This document shows positions 59,113 through 64,000 of a stretch of 64,000 nucleotides of DNA, one piece after another. The translations under genes were made by a program, and so were the position numbers. A model generated the notes under the pieces. The model saw only the letters and a program-made list of their open reading frames with translations. It was not told the DNA's origin and made no database searches. Within the stretch, counting starts at the first letter, position 1, and every line of letters starts with the position of its first letter. The stretch covers positions 768,001-832,000 of the forward strand of contig CAWDRG010000009.1 of NCBI GenBank assembly GCA_963804645.1, given 5' to 3'. Source of the DNA: an uncultured Bacillota bacterium (GTDB lineage: Bacteria; Sysuimicrobiota; Sysuimicrobiia; Sysuimicrobiales; Segetimicrobiaceae).

Positions 59113-60132
59113 TCAGCCCACCCGGATCCGCGGGTCGAACATCGCATAGGCGAGGTCCACCAGCAGATTGACGAAGATGTACACGGCGGCGACCACAATG
59201 CCGACCCCCATGATCGCCGGAAAATCAAGAGATGTCGCGCTGCTGAACGCGTACATCCCCAAGCCGGGCCAGGCGAACACGGTTTCGGTCACCACTGCCC
59301 CCGACAGCAGGTCCCCAAAGCTCAGGCCGATCACCGTAATGACCGGGATGAGGCCGTTGCGCGCCGCGTGCACGAGCATCACACGCCGCCGGCGCAGTCC
59401 CTTTGCGCGCGCCGTGCGGACGTAGTCGTCGCCCAGCGTCTCGAGCATACTGCCGCGCATGACGCGCGTGATCCGGCTCAAGCCAAAGCTCGACAGCACC
59501 AGGGCCGGGAGAATCATGTGGCTGGCCCAGTTCGCGACCACATCCATTCGGCCGGCGAGCAGGCTGTCGATCAGCAAGAACCCCGTCACGAACGGCGGGG
59601 GGACAATCGTCGCATCCAACCGGCCCGGAGACGCGGCGATTCCCAACTGAGCGTAGAAGATGAGCAATGCAACCAACCCGAGCCAGAATACCGGCATCGA
59701 GACGCCCAGCATCGCGACCACGCGAGCCACTTCGTCCACCAGCTTTTCGCGATTGATCGCCGCGAGGATTCCGAGCGGCACGCCGACCACGACGCTGAAA
59801 ATCAGCGCAGGCACTGCCAGCTCGATCGTCGCGGGCAGGTGCTGGCGGAGATCAAAGATCACGGACTGCTTGGTCGAGATCGAGGTGCCCATGTCGCCGT
59901 GCGCGAGGTTCCACAGGTAGATCAGGTACTGCTGGTACAAAGGCCTGTCCAATCCCCAGCGATGACGAAAGGCCGCGACGATCGCGGGGTCGGCCGCGGC
60001 CTGGTCACCGAGGTTCGCTGCGACGGGATCGGCGGGCACGGCGTGAGACAGGACGAAGCTGATCATGGTGATGCCGATCAGCATCGGCACCAGCAGCGTC
60101 ATCCGCCTGAGGATGTAAGCTTGCAGGCCCAC
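59113..60132 (-). CDS. ABC peptide-type permease (DppB-like)
   Basis: GLDRPLYQQY, PATIEL, DYVRTARAKG, DPRIR. Confidence 0.93.
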   Translation of the reverse strand: MGLQAYILRRMTLLVPMLIGITMISFVLSHAVPADPVAANLGDQAAADPAIVAAFRHRWGLDRPLYQQYLIYLWNLAHGDMGTSISTKQSVIFDLRQHLPATIELAVPALIFSVVVGVPLGILAAINREKLVDEVARVVAMLGVSMPVFWLGLVALLIFYAQLGIAASPGRLDATIVPPPFVTGFLLIDSLLAGRMDVVANWASHMILPALVLSSFGLSRITRVMRGSMLETLGDDYVRTARAKGLRRRRVMLVHAARNGLIPVITVIGLSFGDLLSGAVVTETVFAWPGLGMYAFSSATSLDFPAIMGVGIVVAAVYIFVNLLVDLAYAMFDPRIRVG

Positions 60133-60150
60133 AATCAGCCCACGGCCGTA

Positions 60151-60186
60151 CGGGGGCCGGCCCGCGTCAAACGGCGCGGCCCCCCG
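60151..60186 (-). terminator. Intercistronic stem-loop after the SBP gene
   Basis: CGGGGGCC...GGCCCCCCG inverted repeat between the SBP and permease genes. Confidence 0.45.
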
Positions 60187-60195
60187 ACGTGCAGC

Positions 60196-61839
60196 CTAGC
60201 TCTTCCGGACGGCAGCGTAGTCCACAAACCAGGTGCTGGCCAGCGTCACGCCGTGGACATTACTACGGAACGCATACGGTGCCACCGGCTGGTACAGCGG
60301 GGCGTAGGGGCCGATCTGCGCGATCGTGCGATCGACTTGCTGGTACAGGGAGGCACGTCTCGCGGCATCGACTTCGGCCTGCGCCCGGTCCGCGAGGGCG
60401 GAGAGCTGCTGCGCCTCCGGACTCGCGTCCGCGGCCCACCCCGCCCGCTTGCCGACGGTGCGCCCCGGAACAAAGACAAGATAGTCGCTGACGTCCGGAA
60501 AGTCCGCCGCCCAGGCCCAGAGCCCCAACTGATCTTTGCCATCACGGAACTTCTGCAAGGCGACGCTGGACGGCAGGCCGTCCAGGCTGAGTTGGATGCC
60601 GACTTTCGCCAAATCCGCCTGGACCTTCTGCGCGACGATGCCGAACTGCACTCCGTAGTAGACGTTCCCGGTCGAAAATGAAAGCGTGCCGCTGAGATTG
60701 CCCGCGTTGGCTTCGGTGAGGAGTTGCTTGGCCCGGGCGATGTCCGTCTTCGCCGCCTCCGACGGCGGCATCGCGCCGGGCAAATTCGTGGGAATCACGC
60801 CCGCCAGCCGGACGGCGCCGGGGCCGGCCAGGGCAAGCACGCCTTGGTAGTCGATCGCGTACCGCACCGCCTGCTGTACCTTCGGGTTGCTGAAGGGCCC
60901 GCCGACCTGCGGGTTGTTGTTCATGACCACATACAGGAGATTGAGGGCAAGACTCGTGTTCACGGTCACGCCCGGGGAAGTTCGCAGCGTCCGTGCTTCA
61001 TCGGGACCGATCCCCCACGCGATGTCGAGATTGCCTTTCTGGATCAGCAGCTGTTCTGTGGCGGGCTCCACGATATCCTGAACGACCACGCGTGAGATCG
61101 GCGGCGGTCCCCCCCAGTGACTGGGGTTCGCCGTAAGCACCGCCTGCTGGGCCGGCGTATAACTGTCAAGCACATACGGCCCTGAGCCCGCCGAGTGGGC
61201 GTTCAGATAGGACTCGGCCTCGTCTTTCGTCTTCGCATCCGGGCTGGCGTCCCCACCGTGCTGCATCACGTCCTTGCTGTCCACCGCACCGCAAACGGGG
61301 CTTGCGAGAATCGGGATGATGCCAGGATTCGGGGCGTCAAGCCGGAGCACAACGGTCCCCGGATCGGGCGCCACCACCTCCTGCACGCCGTCCAAGAGGA
61401 ACGCACCGTTCCCCTTGATGTACCGGACGCGGTCCAACGACCATTTGAAATCGCTGCTCGTCAGCGGATTGCCGCTCGCGAAGCGCACATTGGGACGGAG
61501 GGTAAATGTGTACTCCTTGCCGTCGGGCGACACCTTCCAGGACGTCGCGAGCGAGGGTTTGGGAGATTTGAGGTCCTCGCCGACGAACGTCACCAGCGAA
61601 TCGTAGATGGCATGGCCGACGTTGCTCGACCCGTTCTCCAGCTGTCGGCCGGGATCCAACGTCTTGATATCGAAGCTGAACGCCACGGTCAGCGTATCCG
61701 CCGCCGCCGATGCGGCCGAGGCCGCCCAGGGCCCGACCGCCCGGTTGGCCAACGCGTATCCGATCCCCCCGCCAGCCAAGCGCAAGAAATCACGACGGTG
61801 AAGCCCGGACGTGATCGCGTGCTTCCCATACTTGTTCAT
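60196..61839 (-). CDS. ABC substrate-binding protein family 5 with Tat signal
   Basis: HRRDFLR twin-arginine leader, LRPNVRFASG, GSGPY, VQQAVRYAID. Confidence 0.93.
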   Translation of the reverse strand: MNKYGKHAITSGLHRRDFLRLAGGGIGYALANRAVGPWAASAASAAADTLTVAFSFDIKTLDPGRQLENGSSNVGHAIYDSLVTFVGEDLKSPKPSLATSWKVSPDGKEYTFTLRPNVRFASGNPLTSSDFKWSLDRVRYIKGNGAFLLDGVQEVVAPDPGTVVLRLDAPNPGIIPILASPVCGAVDSKDVMQHGGDASPDAKTKDEAESYLNAHSAGSGPYVLDSYTPAQQAVLTANPSHWGGPPPISRVVVQDIVEPATEQLLIQKGNLDIAWGIGPDEARTLRTSPGVTVNTSLALNLLYVVMNNNPQVGGPFSNPKVQQAVRYAIDYQGVLALAGPGAVRLAGVIPTNLPGAMPPSEAAKTDIARAKQLLTEANAGNLSGTLSFSTGNVYYGVQFGIVAQKVQADLAKVGIQLSLDGLPSSVALQKFRDGKDQLGLWAWAADFPDVSDYLVFVPGRTVGKRAGWAADASPEAQQLSALADRAQAEVDAARRASLYQQVDRTIAQIGPYAPLYQPVAPYAFRSNVHGVTLASTWFVDYAAVRKS

Positions 61840-62145
61840 TCGTGACCCCCTCTGCGTCGTAAGTACGCGTTCGACTGCTTCAAACGCGCTATCCCCGTGA
61901 GCTCGTAGAATCTTTGCGCGGCGCGACGACTTTCATGAGGCGTGCTGACGGCTTCCAGCAGCGCTCGATCCCTGCCCAGGGAATCGAGCGCGCGCACGCG
62001 GTCCACTCCCGGAGCCGGCGAGGAAACCGGCCTCCGGTCTGGCGTTGCAGTGTGTCGCATCCCGCAGTTCGGCGAATTGCGCCACAAGGCGCCCAACGGC
62101 TGTCCCATCGCAGTGGGCCGCACCAGCCCCTGCCATGCTACCCGG

Positions 62146-63796
62146 CTACGCCTTGCTGATCGTCGAGTAGTCGACGTACCAGCCGGTGTTATAGGTCACG
62201 CCCTTGAGGTTGGACCGGTACGCGATCGGCACCGCTGGCTGGTAGAGTGGAATGTAGGGCCCGTCGGTCGCGAGCCGCCGGTCGATCTCCTGGTACAGAG
62301 CGTCCGCCTTGGCCGGATCCGTTTCGCTCTCCGCCTGCTGCCCCAGTTTGGTGATGTCCTGCGCCTCCGGACTCGAGTCCGGTGCCCATAGAAGGCGCTG
62401 GCCGACGGTTCGCCCGGGAAGGAAGACGAGATAGTCGCTCTGGTCCATGTAATCAGCGAGCCAGCCGCCGAGCCCCATCGGCAGTTTGCCCTGCCGTATT
62501 GCCGTGATCTCGATCGCATACGGCTCGTCGATGAGATTCAGCGTGATGCCGATGGCGGCCAAATCCTGCTGAAGCTTCTGCGCCAGGATTGCCAGGTCGA
62601 GGCCGAACCCTGCGTAGGTGCTCGAGTAGAAGAACTGCCCCTCGAGGTTCGTGAGATTCGCCTGCTGCAGAATGGCTCGGGCGCGCGCTTTGTCCGTCTT
62701 GGGGGCCTCGCTCATCGGCCGCGCGCCGGGGAAACTCGGCGGGATGATGCCGGCCGAGCGGCGGGAGCCCGGCGCCGTCAGCGCCATCACACCCTGGTAG
62801 TCGATCGCGTAGCGAATCGCCTCGCGCACCTTCGGGTTTGCGAACGGTCCGCTGACCTGCGGATTGGTATTGAAGATATGTCCACCACGTTGAGCTGGGG
62901 GAACGAATTCACGGCGACACCGTCGACATGGCGCAGCTGGCGCGCCTGGTCGGCCTGAATGTTGACGGCAATGTCCATGTTGCCCTTTTGCACCAGAAGA
63001 GCCTGCGTGCTCGACTCGTCGACGTTCCTGAATGACGACCCGGTCGAGCGGCGACGGTGCCCGCCAATAATTTGGGTTCTTCGTCAGCACGATTTGCTGG
63101 TCGGGACGTACGAGTCGAGCGTGAACGCGCCCGTCCCTGCGGAGTGCGGAGTTGAGGTACATTTCCGCATTGTCCGTTTCGCCGGCATTCGGCCCGGCGT
63201 CGCCGCCGTGCGCGATAACGACCTTGGAGTCGAGGGGGGCTCAGCGACGGCGTGGTGAGGATCGGGAGCAGTGCTGGCTTGGGTGGCTCAGCTTGATGAC
63301 GAACGTCGTCGGATTCGGCGCGTCTACGCTCGACACGCCGTCAAGGAGCCAGGCGCCGTTCCCCTTGATGTTGATCAGCCGCTCAAATGACCATTTGAAG
63401 TCGGCCGCGGTCAACGGGTTGCCGCTCGACAAATTTGACGTTCGGCCGCAGCTAAAGGTGTACGTGAGCCCGTCCGGCGAGATCGTCCACTGGCTGGCGA
63501 GCGACGGCCGGATCGTTTTCAGATCCGCGCCTGCGAACGTGACCAGCGTGTCGTAGCAGTCACATGGTCGATGTTGTTCGTCGCGTTTTCGAGCGTGCGG
63601 CCCGGATCCAGCGTGTGGATGTTGAGCAGCGTCGCGACGCGTGAGTACCTTGCCGCCGGCGGACTGCCGCGGCCGCCGAGCGACTGTCCGCGACAGATAG
63701 CGCGCCGCCGCCGAGCATCGCCAGCGATGCGGCCACGCCGGTCCGGAGCACCTGCCGCCGGGTCATCCGGAGTCCTGGGCGTTCGTTCAAGAGCAT
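62146..63796 (-). pseudogene. Family-5 SBP paralog with multiple frameshifts (pseudogene or sequencing error)
   Basis: Tat leader MTRRQVLR. Pieces HTLDPGRTLEN, SGNPLTAADFKWS, QKGNMDIA and ANPKVREAIRYAID lie in different frames, each matching the neighbouring SBP. Confidence 0.85.
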
Positions 63797-63841
63797 CGTC
63801 CACCCCCTGCGTGGCGTGTCGTCGAGTACCCGTGCGGATGT

Positions 63842-64000
63842 CTAGGGCATTGACATGGGACGCATGACAAGCGACCATCCACCATCGATCAGAATGTCCT
63901 GGCCGGTGAGGTACGCGGACGCGTCGGATGCCAGAAACACGCACAACCCCACCATGTCCTCCGGCTGCGACACCCGGCCGAGTCGGGATCAGATCGATCG
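63842..64000 (-). CDS. C-terminal part of an SDR oxidoreductase (runs off the window)
   Basis: [36 protein letters not shown], with an apparent one-base shift near 63984. Confidence 0.8.

Overview
High-GC bacterial window in three parts. (1) 1-7.3 kb holds a DAG-kinase/UgtP-like glycosyltransferase/LtaA-like MFS operon, a gamma-glutamyltransferase-family gene, and a secreted group-1 truncated haemoglobin next to a DUF420-like membrane protein fused to a type-1 copper domain. (2) A tRNA-Thr(CGT) at 7339-7413 is followed by a visibly lower-GC mosaic island to about 50.4 kb. Five degenerate copies of a tRNA-Thr anticodon arm or 3' half cut it into modules: SixA; wHTH plus Zn-ADH; dihydropyrimidinase, SBP and GGT; UPF0158/DUF6398/hypotheticals plus a RES toxin-antitoxin pair; a dead BrnT with an intact HTH antitoxin. 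The last module is a roughly 26-kb GntR-associated catabolic cluster (3 hydantoinase-B, 2 hydantoinase-A, 2 RraA, opine dehydrogenase, MmgE/PrpD, AceE-like E1, RidA, peptide-type ABC transporter) ending in a half IS5. (3) 50.4-64 kb is a minus-strand transport and amino-compound catabolism run: Tat SBPs, permeases, DegT-like, M20, two more aminotransferases, and an amidohydrolase-fold/Rieske pair resembling dimetal monooxygenases, plus several gene remnants. No integrase, CRISPR array or rRNA is visible. All family calls come from motif recognition by eye, not from searches.
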